Translations under genes and position numbers: made by a program
Source of the DNA: an uncultured Bacteroidota bacterium
GTDB taxonomy: Bacteria > Bacteroidota > Ignavibacteria > UBA10030 > UBA6906
Reading direction: 5' to 3'
NCBI GenBank assembly: GCA_963700635.1
Contig: CAVOYH010000003.1
Span: 544,001 to 608,000 of the forward strand
Length of the DNA: 64,000 bases
In this document: positions 37,677 through 47,586 of the stretch, piece by piece
How the letters are laid out: every line of letters starts with the position of its first letter
How positions within the stretch are numbered: position 1 is the stretch's first letter
The notes under the pieces: model-generated
What the model saw: the letters and a program-made list of their open reading frames with translations, nothing else
Told to the model about the DNA's origin: nothing
The model's database searches: none

Positions 37677-38680
37677 GTCCGGTCCTTTCCGGAATACCGC
37701 AACACTGCAGAACGCAGATCCTGCGGTCGAATCGGGACAATGCCCACAGCCCCGACAACCACTCCGCTTGCGTAGTTTGCCAGCGAACACGCTTCACGAA
37801 TCGATGCGCCACCGGCAAGCGCCATGGTCAGCGTCGATATCACGGTATCCCCCGCACCCGACACATCCTGAACGTTTTCTGCTACCGTTCCATAATGTGT
37901 AATGTCTCCGTTTGCTTCAAACAGTGACATCCCGTCTTCGCCGCGGGTCAGGAGGACATTCTCCGCATGTAACACTTCGAGAAGCTGTTTACCGGCTCGT
38001 TCGACATCCGCAGTTGTCCTGAGCCGGCCGCCAAGAACTTCTTCAGCCTCCCGGCGGTTGGGCTTGAAGACCGTAACATGTTTAAAGTCAAGGAAATTAT
38101 CGAACTTCGGGTCAACGGTGATTGTCACCTTGTGTTTCCGGGCGAGCGCGATAAGATCGTCTATCAGTTCCCTGGTCACAACACCCTTATTATAGTCTTC
38201 GACGATAATACCGGCGAGTGACGGCATCTCTTTGTTAATCACATCGAGCATTTGCGCCCGCAGGGCCGGTGGGCACAGTTGTTTGGATTCATTGTCGATG
38301 CGCACAACGTGCTGACTTTGGGCAATCACACGGGTTTTGATCGTGGTCTCCCTCAGCGTATCCCGTACGATTCCATGCACGGGAAATCCCTGCTCGCGCA
38401 CAAGGTCAAGAAGCACCTGACCGGGGTGGTCGTCGCCGATCACACCGATCAGAACAGGGATACCACCCAGGGATCGGATATTGTGTGCCACATTGGCCGC
38501 ACCGCCCAGGCGGACCGATTCCGATTCCACTTCAACGACCGGGACGGGAGCTTCTGGTGAGACTCGCCGGACCACACCCCAGTAGTAGCGGTCCACCATA
38601 AGATCCCCGAGCACAGCAATGCGCTTGCCCGCGCAGGCTCCGAGCAGGGTGTCAAGACGTTGTGCAGTAAACGTAACCAT
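37673..38680 (-). CDS. rfaE1: D-glycero-beta-D-manno-heptose 7-phosphate kinase
   Basis: GDLMVDRY..G...R.SPEAPVPVV, GGAANVA.N, DYNKG, KPNRRE and DVSGAGDTV. ATG 38680 has a GGAG upstream. Confidence 0.93.
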   Translation of the reverse strand: MVTFTAQRLDTLLGACAGKRIAVLGDLMVDRYYWGVVRRVSPEAPVPVVEVESESVRLGGAANVAHNIRSLGGIPVLIGVIGDDHPGQVLLDLVREQGFPVHGIVRDTLRETTIKTRVIAQSQHVVRIDNESKQLCPPALRAQMLDVINKEMPSLAGIIVEDYNKGVVTRELIDDLIALARKHKVTITVDPKFDNFLDFKHVTVFKPNRREAEEVLGGRLRTTADVERAGKQLLEVLHAENVLLTRGEDGMSLFEANGDITHYGTVAENVQDVSGAGDTVISTLTMALAGGASIREACSLANYASGVVVGAVGIVPIRPQDLRSAVLRYSGKDRT

Positions 38681-38693
38681 AGATCTCCATGGT

Positions 38694-38722
38694 AATATAG
38701 AAAGGCCTCCTGCCAGACGCAA
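38694..38722 (-). promoter_or_regulatory. internal sigma70-type promoter upstream of rfaE1-rfaE2-tamB-rnr
   Basis: Minus strand TTGCGT(38722-38717)-N17-TATATT(38699-38694). Confidence 0.55.
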
Positions 38723-38752
38723 GGTGACCGGCATCCGCTTCGGACCACATAC

Positions 38753-39313
38753 CTACCGAAGCACCGGCATCAAGAGTCGGACAAGGTGGTCAACGGTAAG
38801 ACCGAGACGTTTTTCATCTGCGAGAACGATGATGTCGGCCTGCGCGTACAAAGGTTCCCGCTTGCTGTGCAGGTCCATGAGCCGTTCCCGGAGTGATTCT
38901 TCGGGAAGCCGGTTACCGTCTGCATCGGTGAGCAACGGCCTGTCCGCTTTGTGGTGCAGCCGTTTGAGGAGTTCCTCCGTCGGCACCTTGAGGTACACGA
39001 GCAGCCCGGAGAGTTTTACGATATCAAAGATTGCGGGATCACTGAGTGTCCCCCCCCCGAGGGCAATCACGATGGTTTCCCGATTCACCAGCTGCTGCAG
39101 CAGGGCGCGTTCCTTGGACCGGAAGAATTGTTCTCCGTCTTCCTGGAATATCCGCTTTACACTCTTCTGACATTGCGTTTCAATCTCACGGTCCAGATCA
39201 ACAAAATCGTATCCGATCGTGTTTGCCAGAATCGGTCCCACGGTGCTCTTCCCGCTCCCCATAAACCCGGTCAGGAAGATCCTGGCTTTCCGTTTACGCA
39301 GGTCGTCGGTCAT
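38753..39313 (-). CDS. aroK: shikimate kinase
   Basis: IFLTGFMGSGKSTVG, D.D.EIE, GEQFFR, ALGGG, RPLL and R.PLY..AD. Confidence 0.95.
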   Translation of the reverse strand: MTDDLRKRKARIFLTGFMGSGKSTVGPILANTIGYDFVDLDREIETQCQKSVKRIFQEDGEQFFRSKERALLQQLVNRETIVIALGGGTLSDPAIFDIVKLSGLLVYLKVPTEELLKRLHHKADRPLLTDADGNRLPEESLRERLMDLHSKREPLYAQADIIVLADEKRLGLTVDHLVRLLMPVLR

Positions 39314-40017
39314 GATCGTTTTCCGGCGTTCAGTACGGCGATGCGTACCCGGCTCGTGCGGCCCCGTCTCTCAATGTGTGTGTCGATCATGCGCACCATC
39401 CATCCGTGTTCTTCCGCAAGTGCGAAAAAATCGCCGCCCAGCGAACGGTCGGGCTCAGCAATCCATGCCTCGCCCCCGGAGCGTACGGTTGTCTGAAGGC
39501 AGGCCAAAAGCGGGAGGAAGTTACGGCGTTCATACACGATATCAGCCCCGAGGACCAGATCATATGGTTCAAAGGTTTCCGGTTCACGCCAATCGGCGGC
39601 GCGGAAGGATGTCCTCCCAAGACTGATGGTATCAAGATTTGCCGAGGCGTTCCACCGTGCAAAGAGCAAAGCATCCTCCTCGTAATCGGTGAAGAGAACA
39701 GAGGCTCCATTTTTTGCGGCTGCAATTCCGGTGAGGCCGAGTCCGCATCCGAGATCGAGGACGCGCCTGCCGCGTAACGTCGGTTCGTCCAGACAGTGTC
39801 CGGCAAGCGCGAGAGCGGAAGTCCAGAGTTCTGACCAGTACGGCAGGCGCTCATCGACTGTGAACTCAGCCGGGGTGACGGCATCAAGGAGGGTATCGGG
39901 ATTGCGGACTCCCAGGACGCGGAACACATGCTTGCCGAGCTGATGTTCACTGATTTCCACGTCGAAGCGGGAGAGAATCTGGTGCGGAATCTCGTCAGAA
40001 ACTATACGCGGCTCCAA
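39310..40017 (-). CDS. class I SAM-dependent methyltransferase (family 16, METTL21/lysine-methyltransferase-like); start uncertain
   Basis: ERLPYWSELW.SA.ALA, VLDLGCGLG, FTDY and LGADIVYE. There is no clear ATG, so the start is TTG 40017 or a downstream GTG. Confidence 0.8.
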   Translation of the reverse strand: MEPRIVSDEIPHQILSRFDVEISEHQLGKHVFRVLGVRNPDTLLDAVTPAEFTVDERLPYWSELWTSALALAGHCLDEPTLRGRRVLDLGCGLGLTGIAAAKNGASVLFTDYEEDALLFARWNASANLDTISLGRTSFRAADWREPETFEPYDLVLGADIVYERRNFLPLLACLQTTVRSGGEAWIAEPDRSLGGDFFALAEEHGWMVRMIDTHIERRGRTSRVRIAVLNAGKRS

Positions 40018-40708
40018 TCTGAAGCACCATGCCATCGGTGTGAATGGTGGAGTCAAACGGCTTTGGGGGAAGCGTGACAAGAATGTCACCGTACCGGACG
40101 GTCGGAGTTGCAAATGTATTGGTTGTCTGAAACTGCGCGTCCCGGAATTTCATCTCCATTGACAGGGTGAACCATTCGGTGAACGCGTATCGGACCCCGC
40201 CCAGGACGTGGATGCCAAATCCCGGACGCGTTTCAATCGTGGTGGCGGTGACGCCGGCCACGCGGTATTCACGTTCGCCAAAATACACCCCGAGTCCGCC
40301 TCCCATGAACACACTGAACGGTCCATCGGTAACCGGGATGCGGAAATAGCCGGTAATTTCCACCGGGAGAACACGATACCCATCATCCACAGGCACGTGG
40401 CGCTGCGCCGTCGCAACAATCGTCCGTGTTTCGAAACTGCTAATATAGTCTGCCGAGAGCCCGAGTGAGAGCGTTGTCCCCGGTATGTGGTACATCACCT
40501 CGACACCGTACCCGAAGAAGTCCGTGAACGACACTGACTGGGCCCGTGCGAACGGATCACTGGCATTGGGATTCAAAAAGAGGCGTGCCGCGGTGGTAAG
40601 GTTGGCCTTTGCTGCCACTGAAAACGCGTGCTCCTGCGCCGCTCCTTCAACGAGCAGGCAGGAGCACAGGGAAATTGTAAGAGCCAGTGCACGAAAACTT
40701 CGTTTCAT
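39995..40708 (-). CDS. small outer-membrane beta-barrel protein (OmpA/OmpW-like)
   Basis: Signal peptide (...GAA|QEH), alternating amphipathic strands (VFMGGGLGVYF, GIHVLGGVRY) and C-terminal QIGAAYSF. Start ATG 40708. Confidence 0.8.
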   Translation of the reverse strand: MKRSFRALALTISLCSCLLVEGAAQEHAFSVAAKANLTTAARLFLNPNASDPFARAQSVSFTDFFGYGVEVMYHIPGTTLSLGLSADYISSFETRTIVATAQRHVPVDDGYRVLPVEITGYFRIPVTDGPFSVFMGGGLGVYFGEREYRVAGVTATTIETRPGFGIHVLGGVRYAFTEWFTLSMEMKFRDAQFQTTNTFATPTVRYGDILVTLPPKPFDSTIHTDGMVLQIGAAYSF

Positions 40709-40732
40709 CCCACCCTTCCCGGACATCAACCT

Positions 40733-42868
40733 TTAGCGGAAGAACTGATCCCGCCGGTCATCGATATCCGCCTTCTCTTTCAACATAGACAGCCAATCCG
40801 AAAGAAACCGGTTCCGCTTCTCCTGAAGCAATCTCGACTTCAACAACTCGCGCTGTGAACCAAAACCGGCGGAGTCGAAAGGGGTAACGGAAAGCACTTG
40901 CACCAGAAAAGCGCCACGCTGGTTCTGAACTGCGGGGGAGATCTTCCCTGGATCCAGTGCTGCAACCGTACCAAGGAATGCCGGGTCACGACCGATACCG
41001 GGCACGACCCCGCCCAGCGTAAATGCCGGAAGTTCCTGCACCATGATGGTCGGGTTGAGGGCGTGGACTTTGGTAAGGCTGTCACCCGGGCCGAGTTTGG
41101 AGCGCAGCTCCGCGGCCATTACCTTCACCTTTTCGATCTTGTTCCGGCGCAGGGCGAGCGGCCGGATCATGTCTTTGACTTCATCCAGGGGCCGGACACC
41201 GGCATCCTTGACCTCGGCGATATGAAACACAGCGTAGCCGGCTGGAATGGTGTACGGATCGCTGACCGCGCCAACATGTTCATCAAATGCCCACCGCGAA
41301 ACGCCTTGATGCATGCCGACGCCGGGAATCACCGCACCCTTCTTCTGGATCGGAGTTTCTTTGACCTCGAAGGCCATTTGCTTCGACTCGTTCGTAAAAT
41401 CATTCTCCCTTGCGTTGTATGCAAAGTCGCGCGAACGGTCATACAATTCGTTTTTGGTCTGATTACTCGGTGTGACTTTCATCAAGATGTGCGCAAGTTT
41501 GAGCTCGCGCGAATCCCGATTGTGCACCTTGATAATGTGTAGCCCGTACGGCGAACGAATCGGCCCGACAATCTGTCCGGGCTTTGCGGCAAAAGCCGCT
41601 TTCTCAAATTCCGGGACCATTCTGTTTTTGCCGAACCATCCCAGGTCGCCGCCCCGTTGTGCGGACCCAAAATCCTTTGAAAACTGCCTCGCGAGAGCCG
41701 CGAAGTCTTTCCCTGCCTGTGCATCTCGCATGATCGTCTTGGCAAGCGCACGCGGAGCCGTGGTATCTTCTCCGGCCTCCAATGGCAGGAGGATGTGGCT
41801 GGCGTGAATGTACACTTCTTTCCCGTCACGCTGCTCGAGCACTTTCAGGAGGTGCAAGCCGTCCTGGTCTCCGATCGGACCGATCACGTCGCCCTTCGCC
41901 GCACTGAATACCGGATTCTCCAGCGATGCGCTCAGCTCTCCATGCCGGAAGAATGCCCCGCTGTCCGGCTTGTCGGAATATGTGTAAACCAGCTGAAGAA
42001 AGTCCACGCCTTGCCTGGCTTTCTGGGCTGCCTCCGCAATATCTTTCTGCTGCAATGCGGAATCGCTTGCAGAGGGTCTTTCAAGGAAAAGAACATACTG
42101 GAGCTTGCGCGTTTCTTCCACGCGATACTGATCCAGATTTTCGTCGTAGTATCTCTTAATATCGGCGTCGGTGACCTGGACATCCTGATCCGGCACCAAT
42201 TGCGCGGCATCAAACGGAGCATAGAGCGCAGAGTACTGCCGGTTCTGGTCCACGAAGCGCTGCCGGAGTTCCCCCTCTGTGACACGGACAGAGGAAAGGA
42301 TGATACTTTGCAATTTTTCCTGCTGACGCCGCTGGCGCAGACTGGTCTCATACTGCTTGAGCCACTTGGTTCCGAACTCGGCGTCTTTTCCTTCCGGGTC
42401 CCGGATGAACTGACCGGGAGAGCTGAGGAATTGCTCGTACATGTCGCGGCGGAATTGGCCGGTCGAGTCGATAAAATTCCGGCGCAGATCATCCGGTGGG
42501 TTGTCACCGCGGACCCAGTCAACCAGCTCCTGATCACTCACGGTGATGCCGAGCCGATGGACTTCTTCCTCCACCAGGTGCTGGGTAACAAGATTCTCCC
42601 AGACCTGTTCCCGGATCTGGACGATCTGGTTTTCGTCGGGCTCCGCGCCGCTCTGAGCCTTCTGGTTGTCCGAGTAGGTCTTCACCAACTCGCTAAAGTC
42701 TTTGTATGTTACGTTGATTCCGTTGACGGTGCCGACGATATCCGACCGACCGCCGCTCATACCCAGATAGTCCATCCCCCATTCGAAGACAATGGTGATC
42801 ACGAATGCAATAAGGAGTCCGAACAGGATTACGGGCATGCTGTCACGCATGCGTGTCATGATTGGCAT
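40733..42868 (-). CDS. ppiD: PpiD-like membrane-anchored periplasmic chaperone/peptidyl-prolyl isomerase
   Basis: N-terminal TM, SurA-N-like helical domain and parvulin domains (ASHILL, FAALARQFS.D.GSA..GGDLGWF, MVPEFE.AAF, YGLHIIKV). Confidence 0.85.
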   Translation of the reverse strand: MPIMTRMRDSMPVILFGLLIAFVITIVFEWGMDYLGMSGGRSDIVGTVNGINVTYKDFSELVKTYSDNQKAQSGAEPDENQIVQIREQVWENLVTQHLVEEEVHRLGITVSDQELVDWVRGDNPPDDLRRNFIDSTGQFRRDMYEQFLSSPGQFIRDPEGKDAEFGTKWLKQYETSLRQRRQQEKLQSIILSSVRVTEGELRQRFVDQNRQYSALYAPFDAAQLVPDQDVQVTDADIKRYYDENLDQYRVEETRKLQYVLFLERPSASDSALQQKDIAEAAQKARQGVDFLQLVYTYSDKPDSGAFFRHGELSASLENPVFSAAKGDVIGPIGDQDGLHLLKVLEQRDGKEVYIHASHILLPLEAGEDTTAPRALAKTIMRDAQAGKDFAALARQFSKDFGSAQRGGDLGWFGKNRMVPEFEKAAFAAKPGQIVGPIRSPYGLHIIKVHNRDSRELKLAHILMKVTPSNQTKNELYDRSRDFAYNARENDFTNESKQMAFEVKETPIQKKGAVIPGVGMHQGVSRWAFDEHVGAVSDPYTIPAGYAVFHIAEVKDAGVRPLDEVKDMIRPLALRRNKIEKVKVMAAELRSKLGPGDSLTKVHALNPTIMVQELPAFTLGGVVPGIGRDPAFLGTVAALDPGKISPAVQNQRGAFLVQVLSVTPFDSAGFGSQRELLKSRLLQEKRNRFLSDWLSMLKEKADIDDRRDQFFR

Positions 42869-42916
42869 AGGGAGAAACGACCTCCTTGAAACGAGTTTTC
42901 GAGTGATATGTTTGAA

Positions 42917-42945
42917 AATATACGCGATATGAGCCGGAAAAGCAA
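42917..42945 (-). promoter_or_regulatory. sigma70-type promoter for the ppiD operon
   Basis: Minus strand TTGCTT(42945-42940)-N17-TATATT(42922-42917). Confidence 0.6.
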
Positions 42946-42954
42946 TGATTTTTA

Positions 42955-42983
42955 TTGACTTTTCAGAGGGTTGAACGTATATT
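42955..42983 (+). promoter_or_regulatory. sigma70-type promoter for secDF
   Basis: TTGACT(42955-42960)-N17-TATATT(42978-42983). GGAGG SD before GTG 43032. Confidence 0.7.
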
Positions 42984-43031
42984 TATGGGCTTCTCTACGA
43001 GTCCTCGAATGCCTGATCCCGGAGGTTTGCA

Positions 43032-44876
43032 GTGCGTAAGTACAGAACAAAACTGATTATTATTCTTGCCGCCGTCGGCCTCGCCTTGTATTTTCTCTAT
43101 CCGACGTACAGAGACTACGATCTGCATCAGCAGCTACAGCAGCTGCAGGGTGCCGACAGTGCGAGCTTTGTCGAGCAGAATGAAACCGAGTTGCGCGAGA
43201 ATCGTGCAAAACGGATCAAGCTCGGACTCGACCTTCAGGGTGGTATGCGCGTGGTCCTCGAAGTGAATGTCCTGAAACTTATCGAAGACCTTGGCAAGAA
43301 CAAAGACGACGCGTTCGCGCAGATTATGAACGACGTGCGCGAGGAATCGAAACGATCGGATGAGTCACCGGTTCTTATCATCCGCAGGAAATTTGAAGAA
43401 CGCCAGATCCGCATGAGCCGCTACTACGGCAACCTGCGCGACGACAATGACAACGTCACCTCCTACCTGGAAGACGAGTCCAAGAAAGCCATCGATCGGG
43501 CCATTGAGATTGTCGGGAACCGCGTGGATCAGTACGGCGTATCAGAGCCATCCATCCAGAAACTTGGCGGCACACGCATCAATGTGGAGCTTCCCGGCGT
43601 AAGCAAAGAGGGCGAGGTTCGGCAGCTCTTGCAGGGCACAGCATTGCTCGAATTCAAACTGCTGAAGGACCCCGAGGTGGCATATCGGGTCATGGAAGCC
43701 ATTGACCGCGCGATTGCCGGAGCAACGATTGATACGACAGACACCACGGCGCTCGCGCAGCGCCAGGACACAACAACAATTGCGACTCCTGAAGGGGAGA
43801 TGTCATCAGCCGAGTTTGCGAAAAAGCATCCCTTCTTTACTGTTGCACTGGTGAATCCCCAGTATCCTGGCGAGGCACTGGTCGCAGACGAGAACCGCGA
43901 AAAAGTACGCCGCTGGCTTGATCGTGAGGACGTTTCCCGGGTAATCCCCAATGATGTCCAGTTTGTGTGGAGCGCAAAGCCGCACATGCTTGAAGCCGGC
44001 AAGAAATACTATACACTCTACCCGGTGAAAAGAACCCCGGATCTGACAGGCGGGGTGATTACTACGGCGCGGGCCACTCTGGATCCGAGTTTTAATCAGC
44101 CCGTCGTGACCATGGAAATGAACAGCGAAGGGTCGCGCGAGTGGGCACGGATCACCGGCGCCAATGTCGGGAAACGTATTGCCATCGTCCTGGATGACGC
44201 GGTGTTTTCGGCGCCTGTCGTGCGCGGCAAGATCACCGGCGGAAATTCGCAGATTGAAGGGATGGAAAGCCTCGATGAAGCCCGCCTGCTGGAGATTGTG
44301 CTCAAAGCCGGCGCCCTGCCCGCACCCGTAGAGATCATTGAACAACGCTCTGTCGGACCCTCGCTGGGTGAAGATTCCATCCGGAACGGGATTCTTTCAG
44401 CGGTCCTGGCAACAGCCCTTACGATCCTGTTTATGGCAATGTATTACCGTACCGGTGGACTTGTTGCTGATCTCGCGGTTGTCTTCTGTCTGTTGTTCCT
44501 GCTGGGTGTCCTCGCGGCATTCCAGGGTACGCTTACATTGCCCGGCATTGCCGGCATTATCCTTACGCTGGCCGTTGCCGTGGATGCGAACGTGCTGATC
44601 TACGAACGTATCCGTGAAGAACAGGCTACAGGCAAGACACTCCGCGCGGCTATTGACGCCGGTTATGAGAAGGCATTTTCCGCCATCTTTGATTCAAACC
44701 TGACGACGTTCATCACCGGTATTATTCTTTTTCAGTTTGGGTCGGGCCCGATCCAGGGTTTTGCCCTGACACTGATGATCGGCATCGTGGCCAGCATGTT
44801 CAGTGCGATCTTTATTACGCGCGTAGTGTTCAACATGCTGACTGATAAATACGGCTCCAAAGTTTCATTCGGCTAA
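43032..44876 (+). CDS. secD: protein translocase subunit SecD
   Basis: LGLDLQGG, RVDQYGVSEP, AIVLD, AGALPAP, VGPSLG, LTLPGIAGI and AVDANVLIYERIRE. Confidence 0.97.
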   Translation: MRKYRTKLIIILAAVGLALYFLYPTYRDYDLHQQLQQLQGADSASFVEQNETELRENRAKRIKLGLDLQGGMRVVLEVNVLKLIEDLGKNKDDAFAQIMNDVREESKRSDESPVLIIRRKFEERQIRMSRYYGNLRDDNDNVTSYLEDESKKAIDRAIEIVGNRVDQYGVSEPSIQKLGGTRINVELPGVSKEGEVRQLLQGTALLEFKLLKDPEVAYRVMEAIDRAIAGATIDTTDTTALAQRQDTTTIATPEGEMSSAEFAKKHPFFTVALVNPQYPGEALVADENREKVRRWLDREDVSRVIPNDVQFVWSAKPHMLEAGKKYYTLYPVKRTPDLTGGVITTARATLDPSFNQPVVTMEMNSEGSREWARITGANVGKRIAIVLDDAVFSAPVVRGKITGGNSQIEGMESLDEARLLEIVLKAGALPAPVEIIEQRSVGPSLGEDSIRNGILSAVLATALTILFMAMYYRTGGLVADLAVVFCLLFLLGVLAAFQGTLTLPGIAGIILTLAVAVDANVLIYERIREEQATGKTLRAAIDAGYEKAFSAIFDSNLTTFITGIILFQFGSGPIQGFALTLMIGIVASMFSAIFITRVVFNMLTDKYGSKVSFG

Positions 44877-44900
44877 TCGACTATTCGGGAGATTTCAGGA

Positions 44901-45818
44901 ATGCGTCTGTTCGGGAAAACGAACATTGATTTTATGATCAAGCGGCGGACGTGGTACCTCGTCTCCGCCATGGTCATACTCGGGGGCATGGTGTCCCTTT
45001 TTATCAAAGGCATTGATTACGGCATTGACTTTCTGGGGGGCACCGAAATCATCGTCCAGTTTGACCAGCCGGTGGAAATCGGCGATGTGCGGAGTGCGAT
45101 GGATCGTGTCGGCTTTGGTCGCGCCGAAATCAAGTCTTTCGGCAGCGATCAGGATATCCTCATCCGGACCGTCGAGCAAGCCGAAGGCACGATGGTTGCA
45201 GACAAGATCCGTACAGCCCTGAAAGATCATTTCCCGACGAATCCGTATGAGGTTCTCAAGGAAGACAAGATCGGACCCAAGATCGGCGCTGAATTGCGCC
45301 GTAACGCATTGTATGCCGTGGTCGCTTCGCTCATCGCAATCTGGCTGTATATCGGATTCCGGTTCAAGTTCGCTTTCGGAATCGGCGCCGTTGTGGCACT
45401 CTTTCACGACGTGCTCGTGACGCTCGGGCTGATCTCGATCTTTGACGGGATGCTGAACCTGGAGATTTCACAGAACATGATCGCCGCGTTTCTCACGCTG
45501 GTGGGTCTTTCCGTGAATGACACGGTCGTCATTTTCGACCGTATCCGGGAAAACCAGAAGATCTTCCGGAGTATGCCGCTCCAGGAACTGATCAACAAGA
45601 GTTTAAACGAGACCCTGAGCCGCACCATCATTACATCGGGAACAATCTTTGTCGTCCTCGTTGTGCTCCTGATTTTCGGCGGGGAAGTCACCCGCGGATT
45701 TGCGTTCGCATTGACCATCGGTATCATCACCGGTACGTATTCGTCCATCTATATGGCAAGCACCGTCGTCCTCGAATGGTCTGAGCGTGCACGCAAGAAA
45801 GCCCAGCTCAGCGAGTAA
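44901..45818 (+). CDS. secF: protein translocase subunit SecF
   Basis: GIDFLGG, IGPKIG.EL, ALFHDV, SVNDTVVIFDRIRE and GTYSSI. Confidence 0.97.
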   Translation: MRLFGKTNIDFMIKRRTWYLVSAMVILGGMVSLFIKGIDYGIDFLGGTEIIVQFDQPVEIGDVRSAMDRVGFGRAEIKSFGSDQDILIRTVEQAEGTMVADKIRTALKDHFPTNPYEVLKEDKIGPKIGAELRRNALYAVVASLIAIWLYIGFRFKFAFGIGAVVALFHDVLVTLGLISIFDGMLNLEISQNMIAAFLTLVGLSVNDTVVIFDRIRENQKIFRSMPLQELINKSLNETLSRTIITSGTIFVVLVVLLIFGGEVTRGFAFALTIGIITGTYSSIYMASTVVLEWSERARKKAQLSE

Positions 45819-45847
45819 ACGATCCGGCGCAGGCCCGGGAGACGCAC

Positions 45848-46189
45848 GTGAACTTCACCATGAACGAACGTGGTGCCGTTACCGTTGTACACCTGGACGG
45901 CAACCTGATGGGAGGCCCTGACGGGTCGACGCTGAACGGCAAGCTGAACGAACTTGTTGATAAGGGCAAGAAACACGTCGTCATCGATCTGAAGAGCGTG
46001 GAGTTCATCAACAGCTCGGGGCTCGGGCTTCTCATCGGAGGGGCAGGCCTTATGAAAAAGGCCGGCGGCGCGCTGAAGCTTGCAAACACCTCTGAAAAAA
46101 TTTCCGCCCTTATCAAGATCACCAGGCTCGGTCCGGTGTTTGAAACATTTGCCTCCGTGGATGAGGCTGTGCAGAGTTTTACGAAGTAA
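45848..46189 (+). CDS. STAS-domain anti-sigma factor antagonist (RsbV/SpoIIAA-like)
   Basis: 113 aa with VIDL.SVEFINSSGLG (phosphoacceptor Ser) and L.ITRL..VF.TF.SV.EA. Confidence 0.9.
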   Translation: MNFTMNERGAVTVVHLDGNLMGGPDGSTLNGKLNELVDKGKKHVVIDLKSVEFINSSGLGLLIGGAGLMKKAGGALKLANTSEKISALIKITRLGPVFETFASVDEAVQSFTK

Positions 46190-46209
46190 ACGGTCCCCGC
46201 TGACCCGTC

Positions 46210-46245
46210 TCCGGCCCCTCTCTCTTCAGGGCCGGACTTTTTTTT
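46210..46245 (+). terminator. rho-independent terminator after secD-secF-STAS
   Basis: TCCGGCCC(46210-46217) / GGGCCGGA(46229-46236) stem followed by T8 (46238-46245). Confidence 0.8.
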
Positions 46246-46290
46246 GCGCCGGCCATCAGCCGGCTGATCCTTCACCCAACGGTAACGCAT

Positions 46291-47565
46291 ATGCCAGTTC
46301 AGATAATCCTTGGTGCCCAGTGGGGCGATGAAGGCAAGGGAAAAGTCGTTGATATGCTGTCCGAACACGCTGATGTCGTCGCACGGTATCAGGGAGGCGC
46401 CAATGCCGGCCATACCGTGTGTATCGGCGACAAACAGTACGTCCTGCACCTCCTCCCCTCCGGGATGTTCCATGAACGGTGCACATGCGTTATCGGAAAC
46501 GGCGTGGTCATCGATCCGGTCGCTCTGATCAGCGAAATCAAACAGCTGGAGAATGCCGGCATCCGGGTTCACGGCCGCCTGCTCATCAGCCACAATGCCC
46601 ACCTGATAATGCCGTACCATAAACAACTTGACGTCATCCGTGAACAAACCAGTTCGCGGATCGGTACAACAGGCCGCGGGATCGGCCCGGCCTATATCGA
46701 CAAGTTTATGCGTTCCGGCATTCGCATTGTGGACCTGCTCGACCGTGATACACTCGCCCGGAAACTCACCCGGAATATCGAAGAGAAAAATCAGATCCTT
46801 ACACGCGTGTACGGCGAAACGCGCATCGACGTCGACGCCCTCATCAGTGAGTACCAGGAATTCGACAAGGCCATAGACGAATACATCACTGACACCTCAC
46901 TCTATCTGCATCAGGCGCTGCAACAGGGTAAGCGGATTATCGCCGAGGGCGCACAGGGAGCATTACTCGATGTTGACCATGGGACGTACCCGTATGTTAC
47001 ATCCTCAAATCCCACCTCCGGCGGGGCCTGCACCGGACTTGGTATTCCACCCACCGCTGTCGATGATGTGATCGGAGTAGCCAAGGCATATTGTACGCGT
47101 GTCGGAGGTGGCCCGTTCCCCACGGAAGAGGAAAATGCGACGGGGGAACGTCTCCGGACCGTGGGACATGAATTCGGCGCAACCACCGGACGTCCCCGCC
47201 GGTGCGGATGGTACGATGCAGTGGCCATGAACTACTCCACACGCGTCAACGGCATTCAGCGGCTGGTGGTAACAAAACTTGATGTCCTGAATGAGTTCGA
47301 AGAAATCCGGATGTGTACCGGATACGAACGTCATGGCAAACGCCTGCGGAGTTTCCCCACGGACGCCACAACGCTGGAACAGATCACACCCGTGTATGAG
47401 ACATTTGAAGGGTGGAAAACGTCACTTGAAGGTGTGACGGCATACAACGAGCTGCCACGCCAGGCATTGACATACCTTGATGCTCTCTCCCGGCATACGA
47501 ACGCCCCCCTCTGGATCGTATCAGTCGGGCCGCGCCGCGATCAGTCGATTATTCGTCCATCTTGA
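46291..47565 (+). CDS. purA: adenylosuccinate synthetase
   Basis: GAQWGDEGKGK, QGGANAGHT, EGAQG.LLD.DHGTYPYVTSS, GATTGRPRRCGW and TKLDVL. Confidence 0.98.
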   Translation: MPVQIILGAQWGDEGKGKVVDMLSEHADVVARYQGGANAGHTVCIGDKQYVLHLLPSGMFHERCTCVIGNGVVIDPVALISEIKQLENAGIRVHGRLLISHNAHLIMPYHKQLDVIREQTSSRIGTTGRGIGPAYIDKFMRSGIRIVDLLDRDTLARKLTRNIEEKNQILTRVYGETRIDVDALISEYQEFDKAIDEYITDTSLYLHQALQQGKRIIAEGAQGALLDVDHGTYPYVTSSNPTSGGACTGLGIPPTAVDDVIGVAKAYCTRVGGGPFPTEEENATGERLRTVGHEFGATTGRPRRCGWYDAVAMNYSTRVNGIQRLVVTKLDVLNEFEEIRMCTGYERHGKRLRSFPTDATTLEQITPVYETFEGWKTSLEGVTAYNELPRQALTYLDALSRHTNAPLWIVSVGPRRDQSIIRPS

Positions 47566-47586
47566 GTCCATCGTCGGGGTGATGCC

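Noticed and set aside
41795-42889. 364-aa plus-strand ORF
   Set aside because: Lies antisense to ppiD and reads as a shadow ORF.
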